Source: Nitrosopumilus sp. (lineage in GTDB: Archaea > Thermoproteota > Nitrososphaeria > Nitrososphaerales > Nitrosopumilaceae). From it: a stretch of DNA of 64,000 bases. Made by a program: the position numbers and the translations under genes. Every line of letters starts with the position of its first letter. Within the stretch, counting starts at the first letter, position 1. The stretch covers positions 672,001-736,000 of the forward strand of contig OZ241981.1 of the NCBI GenBank assembly GCA_965204345.1, given 5' to 3'. Of the stretch, positions 9,610 to 19,929 are shown piece by piece. The notes below the pieces were generated by a model. The model was not told where the DNA came from. It did not search any database and was given only the letters and a program-made list of their open reading frames with translations.

Positions 9610-10104
9610 TTAGACCAATGTTAGTTGTGCAGCACTAAGAAAAATTACAAAAATAAATGCAAGTAAAAAGAACAGACCAACAACTAAGATCCACACAGAA
9701 TAAGACATCTTCTTTAAACGGCCTTCATGTTTTGAAATAACATAACTTTGAGATATGTTGTACTGTCTAATCAATGACCACATGATGTCTTTTTCTTTAT
9801 CCTTGACATCAATGTCCCCTTCTAAATCAATTCTTATCTCTTTGAGGCTTGCCGCAGGAGTTACAAATCTAACAAGTATCAAAGTAGATACAATAACAGA
9901 ACATGAAGAGGCTGCCAGTAGCAAAAATGTAAAAACATCTAGTGAATCTTTTATTATCCCAATTCCAATAAAAATTACCGATAATAGCAATCCGTTTAAT
10001 TGTAAAAAATTATGGGATTTGTGATTTAGTTCAGTCCAACTAGTCAGTTGGCGTGTATATTCTGCTTTGACTTCTTCTAAAAGAATCTCTTCGCTAATCT
10101 TCAT
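9610..10104 (-). CDS. Three-TM membrane protein with Pycsar-effector-like topology
   Basis: Helix EYTRQLTSWTELNHKS, then 2 TMs, a soluble linker, and a terminal TM. Likely start MKISEE at 10104. Confidence 0.55.
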   Translation of the reverse strand: MKISEEILLEEVKAEYTRQLTSWTELNHKSHNFLQLNGLLLSVIFIGIGIIKDSLDVFTFLLLAASSCSVIVSTLILVRFVTPAASLKEIRIDLEGDIDVKDKEKDIMWSLIRQYNISQSYVISKHEGRLKKMSYSVWILVVGLFFLLAFIFVIFLSAAQLTLV

Positions 10105-10198
10105 CTTTTTTCTTCTTTTCTGTGTGGTGAACGTCTTTAAAGACTCGTTTTGTACCAATTATTATGCCCTTTGCAGGTCTTTCATCGTCTTCGGACAA
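10094..10198 (-). CDS. 34-aa charged microprotein overlapping the start of the 3-TM gene
   Basis: TTG start; MSEDDERPAKGIIIGTKRVFKDVHHTEKKKKDED*; stop overlaps the next ORF's first codons. Confidence 0.35.
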   Translation of the reverse strand: MSEDDERPAKGIIIGTKRVFKDVHHTEKKKKDED

Positions 10199-10610
10199 TA
10201 ATAATTAAAAGTCAAACTGTTATAAAAAAGTAAACAACATTATAGCTTCCAGTTTTTACGCGATAACCGATATGAATTAAACATGAACCAGTAGCAACAT
10301 ATCAATCTCTTCTGTATGTCCATATCCACCTTTCTCCCTATAAATGACATACAGCAATACAAGCCCCATTACAAAATACAATAGTCTTAGCGGCGCGACG
10401 TCAATCTAATCCTCAGGAGATGTCCCAACTGTGACGTGGCCCGTGACGTTTGTGGCACTTGCAATTCCGCCTCATCGTTTACTGCCATAATGTCTGCACT
10501 CCCAGTATCATCCAAGAATACGACACATCAGCTACCGCATGTGATCATGGTATGGTTTGCCATTGACATACAGCTGTGAGACACTTAAGAATACGTGAAT
10601 GGGGTTTTCA

Positions 10611-10653
10611 CTGTTAAATTCCAGTGATCAGCTCATCAGAATTTGCCAAACCC
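10611..10653 (+). mobile_element. MITE-like element, partial copy 8 (right end) at the boundary with core genes
   Basis: CTGTTAAATTCCAGTGATCAGCTCATCAGAATTTGCCAAACCC. Confidence 0.7.
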
Positions 10654-10754
10654 GATATGCTTGTCAGTAGGGGATTTGAGAGAATCTTCAAAAATCAACA
10701 TGTTACTTTGCATGCTGTTTTTATAGATAAGAGTGCCACTTTAACCAGATTACC

Positions 10755-10994
10755 GTGCTAGAAAAACAGTTCAATCCAGACGTGCTATACAACAGAATAG
10801 TGCACTTTTACATGGACAAAAAAGGGTATGCAAAAGACAGGGCAAATGAAATTGCACAGTCAGTTGTGCAAAAGGAGGCACAGCGTAGAATTTGTAAAAA
10901 TGAAAAATGCAGACATTTTGCACACGATCACATAAGAAATGCCGAGACATGCCTGGTGCAAGACTGCAAATGTATGAAATTTACTACAAAATAA
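10755..10994 (+). CDS. Small Cys/His-rich hypothetical protein
   Basis: C-terminal CKNEKCRH..H....ETCLVQDCKC cluster; converges on and overlaps the next gene. Confidence 0.65.
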   Translation: MLEKQFNPDVLYNRIVHFYMDKKGYAKDRANEIAQSVVQKEAQRRICKNEKCRHFAHDHIRNAETCLVQDCKCMKFTTK

Positions 10995-11970
10995 AATCAT
11001 CCAAAGAATCTTTCAGTAATGGCTGAGCATTAATCCCCCGTTCTCTCAGGTCTTCTGCAAACTCATCTACAAACCCGTGAATTGTGTAAACTTGTTCTGC
11101 ACCGGATTGTACCACCACGTCAATTAGCTCATTATAGTCACAATGATCACTTAGGGGAATAGAGTAATCGGTGCGTCGTCCAAAAGAAAATTTGGATGAC
11201 TGTGCCCAGCCGCTAAATCCTATTGTGACTGCGCCATATCTTGATTTCATATCCTGCACAAATTTATTTTTGCTAGATAGCATGGGGGCCACCATAATCC
11301 AGGGTTTTTTCTCAAGCAGGCCATTTTTTTCAGCCTCTGCATAGCCAATTCCATCACGCAGTGACACGCCAAGTTTCTGATGAAGCAGATTCATATCCTT
11401 TACAGAGTCATGCAAATACAATGGTCCCCAGTGACCAAAAAACTGAGTAATCGTTTGGGCTTTTCCAAGCTGATATCCCATTAAAATTACAGGTATGCCC
11501 CTCCCATAAAGCTCAGAAATTAGCTCATTGACTTTTTTTAGAGTGTCATCAAGTTTGGGAAATACAAATTCAGGCAGTCCAAACGTGCATTCAGTGATGA
11601 GGGTTTTGCATTTAGGGATTTTTGCACCTTTCAGAAAACCCCTGTCCCGGGTACAGATATCGCCAGTATAGAAAATATCATCAAAAAAAAGTCCCTTTGC
11701 GCCTAGTATGTGTCCGCTGTCAATAAGAGAGAAGGCATCCAAAGACTCGACATGGTTTTCCATTTTAAATCCACGAAGACTAGCTATTTGATTGGTTTCA
11801 ATGGATGACAGGATAGTTCCACCATTTCTTGAGGGCAGATGATCAGTGTGGGCATGTGAGACAAAGTTAATCGTGGATGAATCACTGTTTTTTGGATCCA
11901 AATGAACCTGTTTTTGGCCAGCTCTGCACAGGATTCCGTTTTTTGTCATCCTGACTTTTCTAGGCAACAA
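10984..11970 (-). CDS. MBL-fold (beta-CASP-type) nuclease
   Basis: SHAHTDH, GHILG, YTGD, ECTFG, LSDHCD and IHG motifs. Confidence 0.85.
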   Translation of the reverse strand: MLPRKVRMTKNGILCRAGQKQVHLDPKNSDSSTINFVSHAHTDHLPSRNGGTILSSIETNQIASLRGFKMENHVESLDAFSLIDSGHILGAKGLFFDDIFYTGDICTRDRGFLKGAKIPKCKTLITECTFGLPEFVFPKLDDTLKKVNELISELYGRGIPVILMGYQLGKAQTITQFFGHWGPLYLHDSVKDMNLLHQKLGVSLRDGIGYAEAEKNGLLEKKPWIMVAPMLSSKNKFVQDMKSRYGAVTIGFSGWAQSSKFSFGRRTDYSIPLSDHCDYNELIDVVVQSGAEQVYTIHGFVDEFAEDLRERGINAQPLLKDSLDDFIL

Positions 11971-12025
11971 AAGTGAAAATAATTAGATTTGATATAAATT
12001 GCAGGTTTGATTTAGTGTTGACTAG

Positions 12026-12643
12026 TTGCTAAATCTAGGAATTCTAATCTCAGGGCGCGGGAGCAACATGGAATCCATTCTAAAGGCAGTTAAGAAAAAA
12101 AGGATTCCAGTTAATCCGGCAATAGTTATCTCAAACAGGCCAGATGCTGCGGGACTAGGAATTGCCGAGAAATTGGGTGTGAGAATTGAAGTGATAGACA
12201 GTAAGGGATTCAAGGGAAACAGGGCAGAATACGACAGGAAGATAATTTCTGCCCTAACAAAACATGGAGTTACGCCTAAAAACGGCTTGGTTTGTCTTGC
12301 AGGGTTTATGAGAATTTTAAGCCCAGAATTTGTTAAAAAATACAAAAACAGAATCATCAACATCCATCCGGCGTTACTACCTGCATTTCCTGGGTTAAAT
12401 TCACAAAGACAGGCATTGGAATATGGAGCCAAGGTTACGGGATGTACCGTACATTTTGTAGATGCAAAAATGGATACAGGTCCCATAATCATTCAGGCCG
12501 TTGTAAAAATAGGCAAAAAGGATACAGAAGAGTCACTGTCAAAAAAAATTCTAAAAGAAGAGCACAGAATTTATCCAGAGGCAGTAAGATTGTTTGTCAA
12601 AAAGAAGATCAAGGTTGTGGGACGAAGGACAGTAATCAGCTAG
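12026..12643 (+). CDS. purN: Phosphoribosylglycinamide formyltransferase
   Basis: ISGRGSNM, LAGFMRIL, NIHPALLPAFPG, GCTVHFVD...DTGPII. Confidence 0.97.
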   Translation: MLNLGILISGRGSNMESILKAVKKKRIPVNPAIVISNRPDAAGLGIAEKLGVRIEVIDSKGFKGNRAEYDRKIISALTKHGVTPKNGLVCLAGFMRILSPEFVKKYKNRIINIHPALLPAFPGLNSQRQALEYGAKVTGCTVHFVDAKMDTGPIIIQAVVKIGKKDTEESLSKKILKEEHRIYPEAVRLFVKKKIKVVGRRTVIS

Positions 12644-12960
12644 GAGTCAGGACCGCCAAAAAAATACAAGACTCTGAGTTCCCGGGTGTTGCCATGAAAG
12701 TGGTGCTCTGCATTCTTGCCAACAAAAAATAGCTTGCCCTGAGTAACCTTGTAATCCCTGTCTTTGATTTTCAAATAGCCATTCCCAGAGATAACATAGT
12801 ATGTCTCATCACTGTCATGGGGTGCTTGGGTATCCTCCTCCCCAGGTTTGAGAACCAGTACCCCGGCAGCTAGTCCGGGCCTGTCGATAAATGTGTGAAA
12901 ATACGAATCAGAATTTTTGACTTTGTTAAGATATGCGTCTATGTCGTGTTCTAGCTTCAA
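12640..12960 (-). CDS. Cupin-domain protein
   Basis: PHDSDETYYVISGNG ... FVGKNAEHHF. Confidence 0.85.
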   Translation of the reverse strand: MKLEHDIDAYLNKVKNSDSYFHTFIDRPGLAAGVLVLKPGEEDTQAPHDSDETYYVISGNGYLKIKDRDYKVTQGKLFFVGKNAEHHFHGNTRELRVLYFFGGPDS

Positions 12961-12962
12961 TT

Positions 12963-13247
12963 TTATTCAGCAGCCACAGTATAAGTTTGTCTTTGAGGGT
13001 CTGCACTCATAAAGGAATGTCCGACCGGATGAACCCTTTGGTGCTCCGGACTCTGATGCATTTTGATAAACGTCTCCTTGCTTTGATGCTCTACTAGAAT
13101 TGTACATCTGCCATCAGGGGACTTTAGGAATCTTCGGGAAATAAAACCTGGAAAGTCACGCAGTACCTTGTTTGACTCTGCAAACCATTTCTTAAAATCC
13201 TCCTCAGCGCCATCCTTGAGCTGAATATCTGCAATCATTACAAACAT
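12963..13247 (-). CDS. Antibiotic-biosynthesis-monooxygenase (ABM) family protein
   Basis: FPGFISRRFL ... F..MHQSPEH pattern. Confidence 0.8.
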   Translation of the reverse strand: MFVMIADIQLKDGAEEDFKKWFAESNKVLRDFPGFISRRFLKSPDGRCTILVEHQSKETFIKMHQSPEHQRVHPVGHSFMSADPQRQTYTVAAE

Positions 13248-13340
13248 GAGATACTTGGGGAAACGGCCACTTAATTTCTTTTCTGATATTTTCTAATAGT
13301 AACTCCAAGAATTAAATATCTACTAGTCAAAAACAAAAGC

Positions 13341-14201
13341 ATGACAGGAGTCAAAATTGACGGCAAAGTCATATCCCAATCAGTCAAGGACAGGGTCAAA
13401 AAAGCTGTTGAAGAGTTAAAAAGTCAGGGAATATCACCGTGCCTGGCCACAGTACTGATTGGGGATAATCCGGCTTCTGCCACATATGTCAAAAACAAAC
13501 ACAGGGCATGCCAGGAAGTAGGGATTGCAACAAAAGATCACAAGCTGGTTGCAAACATCACACAGCAGGAGCTGACCAAAATTATTGATGAGTTAAACTC
13601 TGATAAGACGGTGCACGGTATCCTAGTGCAGCTTCCACTGCCAAAGCAGCTAGACGAGTTTGTAACAATATCGAGAATCTCACCGCTAAAGGATGTTGAT
13701 GGCCTAACCCCGCACAATGCAGGACTGCTTGCAATGAAAAAGGCGGCACTTGTTGCATGCACGCCATCAGGGGTAATGGAGATGTTTGATTATCACAAAA
13801 TTAACCTAGAAGGAAAAAATATCGTACTGATTAACAGAAGCAATCTAGTTGGAAAGCCGCTGTATCATCTGCTGCTAGAAAAAAATGCAACCGTTACTAC
13901 ATGCCATTCAAAGACAAAAAATTTAACGGAATTGTGCCAGGCAGCAGATATCATAATTACGGCAGTGGGGGACAGAGAGAGGTTCACATTGACATCAGAG
14001 ATGATAAAGCAGGATGCAATAGTAATTGATGTGGCAATTGCAAGATTTCAAGAAAGACTAGCAGGGGATTCAGACTATCAGGACATTATCAAAAAGGCAT
14101 CATTTGCAACACCTGTTCCGGGGGGAGTAGGCCCAATGACAGTTGCAATGCTGTTAAAAAATACAATTACAGCAGCATCACTGGGCAGTCAAATTGGATG
14201 A
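13341..14201 (+). CDS. folD: Methylene-THF dehydrogenase/cyclohydrolase
   Basis: YVKNK, HGILVQLPLP, KDVDGL, TPVPGGVGPMTVAML. Confidence 0.97.
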   Translation: MTGVKIDGKVISQSVKDRVKKAVEELKSQGISPCLATVLIGDNPASATYVKNKHRACQEVGIATKDHKLVANITQQELTKIIDELNSDKTVHGILVQLPLPKQLDEFVTISRISPLKDVDGLTPHNAGLLAMKKAALVACTPSGVMEMFDYHKINLEGKNIVLINRSNLVGKPLYHLLLEKNATVTTCHSKTKNLTELCQAADIIITAVGDRERFTLTSEMIKQDAIVIDVAIARFQERLAGDSDYQDIIKKASFATPVPGGVGPMTVAMLLKNTITAASLGSQIG

Positions 14202-14757
14202 TAACCCACAAAAGGAATCCTTACGGAACCTGCTCTTGGAGAAGCGGGACAATACATCCTTTGATTTGATGAAGATTGCCAGCAAAAAGATTCAAAAAAG
14301 GATAAAAAAGATTCATGCATTCAGAAATGCCCAAAAAATTGGCGCATACTATCCAATAGGAAGCGAGGTATTCACAGAGGACATAATTCAAGAGTTGATC
14401 AGCCAAGGAAAGCAGGTATTTTTGCCCAGGGTAGTTGGAAGCAAGATGGAGTTTAGAAAAATTACTGACTTTTCGAGCCTGGAGCAAGGCAGTTTTGACA
14501 TTATGGAACCCAAAGAGAGCTGTCCAACAGATAACAGCCTAGATGTAATCTTGGTGCCAACAGTTGGGATCTCACCAGCAGGAGTAAGGCTTGGATACGG
14601 ACATGGCTTTTATGACAAATTTTTGGCAGAAAACAAGACTGTTACAATATCACTTACACTAGAAAAACAGGTCATAAAAAATATTCCAAAATCAGGACAC
14701 GATGTTCTAATTGACTGGATTGTTACAGAAGATCAGATGATACAGACTCAGAGATAA
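14194..14757 (+). CDS. 5-formyltetrahydrofolate cyclo-ligase
   Basis: LDVILVP...RLGYGHGFYDKFL...HDVLIDWIVTE. Confidence 0.93.
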   Translation: MDDNPQKESLRNLLLEKRDNTSFDLMKIASKKIQKRIKKIHAFRNAQKIGAYYPIGSEVFTEDIIQELISQGKQVFLPRVVGSKMEFRKITDFSSLEQGSFDIMEPKESCPTDNSLDVILVPTVGISPAGVRLGYGHGFYDKFLAENKTVTISLTLEKQVIKNIPKSGHDVLIDWIVTEDQMIQTQR

Positions 14758-16013
14758 GACAAACCCTTTTTGCCAATGTCTGTTCTGTTGTACTTGTGAG
14801 ACCAGGTAATCTTCTTAGCTGCTGCATACGCACTAGTTATGGCAGAACTCAAATCATCGCCTAGTGCAGTGACGCCCAAGACACGTCCGCCATTTGAGAG
14901 AACTTTGCCATCGGATTTTTTTGTTCCGGCATGAAAGACAAATGCATTCTCTGCTGTTAAATCAAGGCCGGTTATTTCATCATGTTTTGGATAGGATTGG
15001 GGATAACCCTTTGATGCCAGCACCACGCATACGGCATATTGGGATTTCCACAGAGTGGGAGGCAGTGATGATAGCGTACCATCAGCACTTGCAGCCAAAT
15101 ACTCGTACAAGTCAAAGTCCATTCTCATTGTGATTGGCTGGCATTCAGGGTCGCCCATTCGCACGTTGTATTCCAAAACAAATGGTTTGCCATCTCGAAT
15201 CATGATTCCTGCATACAAGAATCCCTTGAACAAGATTCCCTCATCCTTCATTGCGCGGATTGTTTTTTCAATAATTTCCTCCTGAATTATACTAGATAGA
15301 CTGTCATCTATTACTGGAGTTGGGGAATACGCACCCATGCCGCCGGTATTTGGACCCTCATCACCATCAAAGATTCTCTTGTGATCCTGACTGGAGGCCA
15401 TGGGAACAGCCACCTCACCGTCAGACAATGCAATGTAAGAGGCCTCAATCCCATCAATTCGCTCCTCAACAATTATTTGGTCTCCTGCATCACCAAATGC
15501 CTTATCCACCAAAATAGCTTGTATTGCATCTGCTGCCTCCTCACTTCCACTACAAACAATGACACCCTTTCCAGCAGCCAATCCGTCTGCCTTTACAACT
15601 ACATCATACTCAAGGGACTTGGCATATTCTTGGGCCTTTTGTGCATCATCAAAAATCTCAAAGCGGGCAGTAGGAATGTTATTTCGCTTCATAAAATTTT
15701 TTGCCCAGACCTTGCTTGATTCAAGCTGGGCAGCCTTTTTGGTAGGGCCAAAAACCCTGAGATTTAACTTGTTAAACACATCAACAATTCCTGCAGCAAG
15801 CGGAACCTCGGGACCAACGACAGTAAAACAGTTATTTTTTTGGGCAAAATCTGCAAGCTCATCTAAATTATCGACTGGGATTGGTACGTTGTTTTGGGTG
15901 CCGCCATTTCCAGGCGCAGTAAAGACAGTTTTGACCTTGTCACTTTGGGACAACTTCCAGGACAGTGCATGTTCCCGTCCTCCAGAGCCAATTACAAGTA
16001 CGTTTACCAACAA
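14748..16013 (-). CDS. purD: Phosphoribosylamine-glycine ligase
   Basis: GSGGREHAL, KADGLAAGKGV, QDHKR, GPNTGGMGAYSP, EYNVRMGDPE. Confidence 0.98.
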   Translation of the reverse strand: MLVNVLVIGSGGREHALSWKLSQSDKVKTVFTAPGNGGTQNNVPIPVDNLDELADFAQKNNCFTVVGPEVPLAAGIVDVFNKLNLRVFGPTKKAAQLESSKVWAKNFMKRNNIPTARFEIFDDAQKAQEYAKSLEYDVVVKADGLAAGKGVIVCSGSEEAADAIQAILVDKAFGDAGDQIIVEERIDGIEASYIALSDGEVAVPMASSQDHKRIFDGDEGPNTGGMGAYSPTPVIDDSLSSIIQEEIIEKTIRAMKDEGILFKGFLYAGIMIRDGKPFVLEYNVRMGDPECQPITMRMDFDLYEYLAASADGTLSSLPPTLWKSQYAVCVVLASKGYPQSYPKHDEITGLDLTAENAFVFHAGTKKSDGKVLSNGGRVLGVTALGDDLSSAITSAYAAAKKITWSHKYNRTDIGKKGLSYL

Positions 16014-16096
16014 AAATTATTCCTTACCCAATTATATAATCCAAGTCCAGACAGGCCAATTTAGCTTTATAATGCCACAGACACATCAGGATTCAG

Positions 16097-19000
16097 ATGG
16101 AACTTTCTGCAAAGTTTGATGCAAAGGCAATAGAGTCCCAGGTTCGGGAATACCTAAAGTCAGTTGACTTGAAAGGACAAATCTTTGCATCAGAGAGGCC
16201 TGAAAAAATCAGATTCATAGAGGGACCCCCAACAATGAATGGAATACCTCACGCAGGGCATCTGAGGGGCAGGGTAATCAAGGATTTTTGGTACAGGTTT
16301 AACACGCTGCAGGGAAAAAAGATAGAGTTTAACGGGGGCTGGGATACGCAGGGACTCCCAGTGGAATTGCAAGTGGAAAAGGAGCTTGGGGTGTCAGGAG
16401 GCAAGACAGAGGCAATCAAGGAGTTTGGGATAGAGAGAATAGTTTCAGAATGCAAAAAGGTTGTAGAAAAGTTTAACAAGGCATGGCTGGAGGTAGATGA
16501 CCTGCTTGGGATGTCCTTTAATCATGAAAAGGCATACTGGACTTTCAGGGATGAGTTTATTGAAAGGGAATGGCAGGTGCTCAAAAAGGCACATGAAAAC
16601 AAAATTCTAGAAGAAGACTATACTGTAATTGCATACTGCCCAAGCTGTCAGACCTCGCTTAGTCATGCCGAAGTGAATCAGGGGTATGAGGAAGTCAGAG
16701 ACCCATCGCTGTATTACAAGGTAAAGCTGGTGAATGAGGATGCATTCTTGATTGTATGGACTACAATGCCATTTACACTGGTAACAGATGCAATGGTAGG
16801 ACTGCATCCAGAAGAAGACTATGCATACATCAGAGTTGAAGACGAGACATGGATAGTTGGAAAGACAAGACTAGAACAGCTAATGGAGGAACTAAAAATC
16901 GCAGAATACAAGATTGTAAAGACTGTCAAGGGCTCTGAATTTGAGGGGAAAAAATACGTTCATCCGTTGTTGGATTTGATTCCGGAGCTAGGTGAGATCT
17001 CAAAGCTGGAGAATTACCACGTTGCAGTATCTGAGACATTTGTTGATGCAAGTACGGGCAGCGGACTGGTTCACCTCTCGCCTGCAAACGGGGAGGAAGA
17101 CATCAAGATTGCAAACAAACGCAAGGTGAAGATTTTCAGCCCTATAAATGACGAGGTAAAATTCACACAAAATGCAGGCAGATACCAGGGCATGTTTGTC
17201 AGAGATGCAGACAGACAGATAGTTGAGGACCTAAAGGAACGCAGTGCCCTAGTCAAAATAGGCAGAATCAAGCACAAGTATCCGCTCTGCTGGAGGTCAC
17301 ATCACCCAATAGTCTGGCTTGCCAGAAGGGGATGGTTTTACAAGATAGACAAACTAGATGACAAAGTAATTGATGCTGCAAAAAGCGTGGAATACTTTTT
17401 TGAGCAGCCAAAGAACAGATTTCTTGGAATTATCAAGGAGAGACACCCATGGTGCATCTCCCGTGAGAGAATCTGGGGATGCCCACTGCCTGTCTGGGAC
17501 TGCAAGGACTGCGGGGAGAAAAACTGGCTGTTTACAAGAAAGGACATTATAGACTCAGCAGACAAGCTGCCTGACGGCCCGGACTTTGAGCTGCACAGAC
17601 CGTGGATTGATAACATTACCATAAAGTGCAAGAGATGCGGCGGGGTCAACACAAAAAGGGAAGAGTATGTCTTAGATACGTGGCATAACAGCGGCTCTGC
17701 ACCGTATTCGTCACTGACTGACGAGCAATATGCAAATGAGATTCCGGCGCCATTCTTTACGGAAGGAATTGATCAGACCAGGGGATGGGCATACACGCTG
17801 CTGATTGAAAATGTCATCCTAAATAACTCGGCGATACCTCCCTACAAGGCATTTTTGTTCCAGGGTCACGTGTTAGACGAGAAGGGTGGCAAGATGAGCA
17901 AAAGCAAGGGAAATGTTTTGGAGGGGGCAGAACTGTTGCAAAGGTATCCGGCGGATCTTATCAGGCTTTATTTCATGGGAAAGGCAAGCCCGATTGAGCC
18001 GCTCAGTTTTAGCACAGACGAGCTAATGTCAAGGCCGTACCAGGTAATCAATACGCTGTTTAATCTGCATCTGTATTTTAAGCAGAACAGCCAGTATGAC
18101 AAATTTGATAAGACAAACACGGTAGAGTGGGCAAGGCAAAAAGATTTGTTGACATCGCCTGACATCTGGCTTTTATCAAAGCTTCAAAAACTAATCCAGA
18201 TGGTGACTCAAAAGAACCAGTCATGCAGGTTCCACGAGGGTGCAAAGGCAATGGATGACTATATAATTAATAATCTTAGCCAGATATACATCCCAATTAC
18301 AAGGGGGGAGTTATGGGATGAGGATGAGCAAAAGAAAGACAGGAGGCTTGCAATCTATGCAGTACTAGGCCTAGTGCTCAAGACATTGGATGTTCTGATT
18401 CATCCATTTTGCCCATTTACCAGCGAATATCTCTACCAAACGGTATTTTCTGCAAGACAGAGCATACTTTTTGAGGGATGGCCCGCATACCAAGAGTCGC
18501 TAGTCAACAAGGAGATTGAAGAGTCATTTGACATCATAAAGGACATTGTATCAGTCTCATCTGCTGCAAGAATGAAGGGCAAGCTAAAAAGAAGGTGGCC
18601 ATTAAATGAGGCGCAGGTTTGTGTAAGGGAGGGCCAGAAAAAGAAACTGGAATCACACTCAAAACTGTTACAGTCCCAGCTTAACGTGGAGAGATTCAGC
18701 ATTGTTCAGACACAAGAGGAGTCAGGATTAAAGCAGGTATCAGAACTGCAGCGACTGGGACTGCCCGTAATGGGAACCGTAGAGCTTGAAAGAAAAAGAA
18801 TAGGACCAAAGGCAAAGCAGCACATGGGAAGACTTGTATCTGCATTTAATGAGACAGACCCCCAGGAGATCATTGCGGCACTGCAAAAAGATGGCAAGTA
18901 TGACTTTGAGATAGATGGCGAGAAAATTTCATTGGATAATGAGGACTTTGTCATAGACTTTGATGCAAGTGAAAACTATGCAGCGGCAAAAAGAGACGGC

Positions 19001-19294
19001 TATATCGTGTTTATCTCCACATCAAGAAACAGGGAGATGATGGCAAAAGGGCTAGTCAAGGACATTGCAAGAAGACTCCAGACACTAAGAAAGGAGAGGG
19101 GATACACGCCAACTGATATTTTGGAGACTGCATCAATTCTTGAGCTAGACGAGGAATCACTTGGGATGGTAAAAGAAAAGGCAGAAGAGCTGGCATTTCT
19201 AGTCAGAGTAAGGCAGGTCAGCTTTGCAGAATCCTGCAAGGAATACAAGGAAGACGACATTGACGGTCAGAAGATCAGAATTTCAGTCGAATAG
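16097..19294 (+). CDS. ileS: Isoleucine-tRNA ligase
   Basis: EGPPTMNGIPHAGH (HIGH), GWDTQGLP, WTTMPFTL, WCISRER, EGIDQTRGW, KMSKS. Confidence 0.96.
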   Translation: MELSAKFDAKAIESQVREYLKSVDLKGQIFASERPEKIRFIEGPPTMNGIPHAGHLRGRVIKDFWYRFNTLQGKKIEFNGGWDTQGLPVELQVEKELGVSGGKTEAIKEFGIERIVSECKKVVEKFNKAWLEVDDLLGMSFNHEKAYWTFRDEFIEREWQVLKKAHENKILEEDYTVIAYCPSCQTSLSHAEVNQGYEEVRDPSLYYKVKLVNEDAFLIVWTTMPFTLVTDAMVGLHPEEDYAYIRVEDETWIVGKTRLEQLMEELKIAEYKIVKTVKGSEFEGKKYVHPLLDLIPELGEISKLENYHVAVSETFVDASTGSGLVHLSPANGEEDIKIANKRKVKIFSPINDEVKFTQNAGRYQGMFVRDADRQIVEDLKERSALVKIGRIKHKYPLCWRSHHPIVWLARRGWFYKIDKLDDKVIDAAKSVEYFFEQPKNRFLGIIKERHPWCISRERIWGCPLPVWDCKDCGEKNWLFTRKDIIDSADKLPDGPDFELHRPWIDNITIKCKRCGGVNTKREEYVLDTWHNSGSAPYSSLTDEQYANEIPAPFFTEGIDQTRGWAYTLLIENVILNNSAIPPYKAFLFQGHVLDEKGGKMSKSKGNVLEGAELLQRYPADLIRLYFMGKASPIEPLSFSTDELMSRPYQVINTLFNLHLYFKQNSQYDKFDKTNTVEWARQKDLLTSPDIWLLSKLQKLIQMVTQKNQSCRFHEGAKAMDDYIINNLSQIYIPITRGELWDEDEQKKDRRLAIYAVLGLVLKTLDVLIHPFCPFTSEYLYQTVFSARQSILFEGWPAYQESLVNKEIEESFDIIKDIVSVSSAARMKGKLKRRWPLNEAQVCVREGQKKKLESHSKLLQSQLNVERFSIVQTQEESGLKQVSELQRLGLPVMGTVELERKRIGPKAKQHMGRLVSAFNETDPQEIIAALQKDGKYDFEIDGEKISLDNEDFVIDFDASENYAAAKRDGYIVFISTSRNREMMAKGLVKDIARRLQTLRKERGYTPTDILETASILELDEESLGMVKEKAEELAFLVRVRQVSFAESCKEYKEDDIDGQKIRISVE

Positions 19295-19344
19295 AATGAT
19301 GAGAAATGTAATATTTTTATTAGAATCACAGATTTCATAATCAA

Positions 19345-19929
19345 ATGTCCGAATCAAATCCAAACGTTGTTGGAATTAACGTTCTAAGACAAAACGGCCT
19401 GGATGTTGATGAGTTGGTAAAGGAACTGATAAAGAATGCGGCAGTCGAATTCACTGCATATTATTACTTTACCAATCTCAGAGCACACTGTACAGGCATA
19501 GAGGGAGAAGGATTGAAGGGAATCATCGAGGATGCAAGACTGGAGGATCTCAGCCACTTTGAATCGTGCCTTGAGAGAATCTACCAGTTGGGAGGCGCGC
19601 TTCCAAATGATGCAACTGAGTTTATCAAGATTTCAGGCTGTGAATTCCTGCAGCTTCCGGCAAATCCGACAGACCACAAGGAGATTCTAGAAAAGTGTCT
19701 CAAGGCAGAGCAGGGCGCAATAGTCAACTGGAACAGAATTTGCCAGATGACACTGGGAAAGGATCCTGCCACATACGATATTGCAAAAGATATCCTGGCC
19801 GAAGAGATCGAGCACGAGTCCTGGTTCCTAGAGCTAATCTACGGAAGGCCATCAGGACACATGAGAAGAAGGTATGCAGGCGAAAGGCCGCATACAAGAA
19901 AACATTCCAGAGCACTAGACATGGCATGA
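19345..19929 (+). CDS. dps: DPS-like (DpsL) ferritin-superfamily protein
   Basis: EFTAYYYFT, EDARLEDLSHFE, ILAEEIEHESWF, GRPSGHMRR. Confidence 0.9.
   Translation: MSESNPNVVGINVLRQNGLDVDELVKELIKNAAVEFTAYYYFTNLRAHCTGIEGEGLKGIIEDARLEDLSHFESCLERIYQLGGALPNDATEFIKISGCEFLQLPANPTDHKEILEKCLKAEQGAIVNWNRICQMTLGKDPATYDIAKDILAEEIEHESWFLELIYGRPSGHMRRRYAGERPHTRKHSRALDMA

Noticed and set aside
1335-10653. Classical integron attC sites
   Set aside because: The element ends read GTT...AAC rather than RYYYAAC...GTTRRRY, the interior is not an extended hairpin, and no IntI is in the window.
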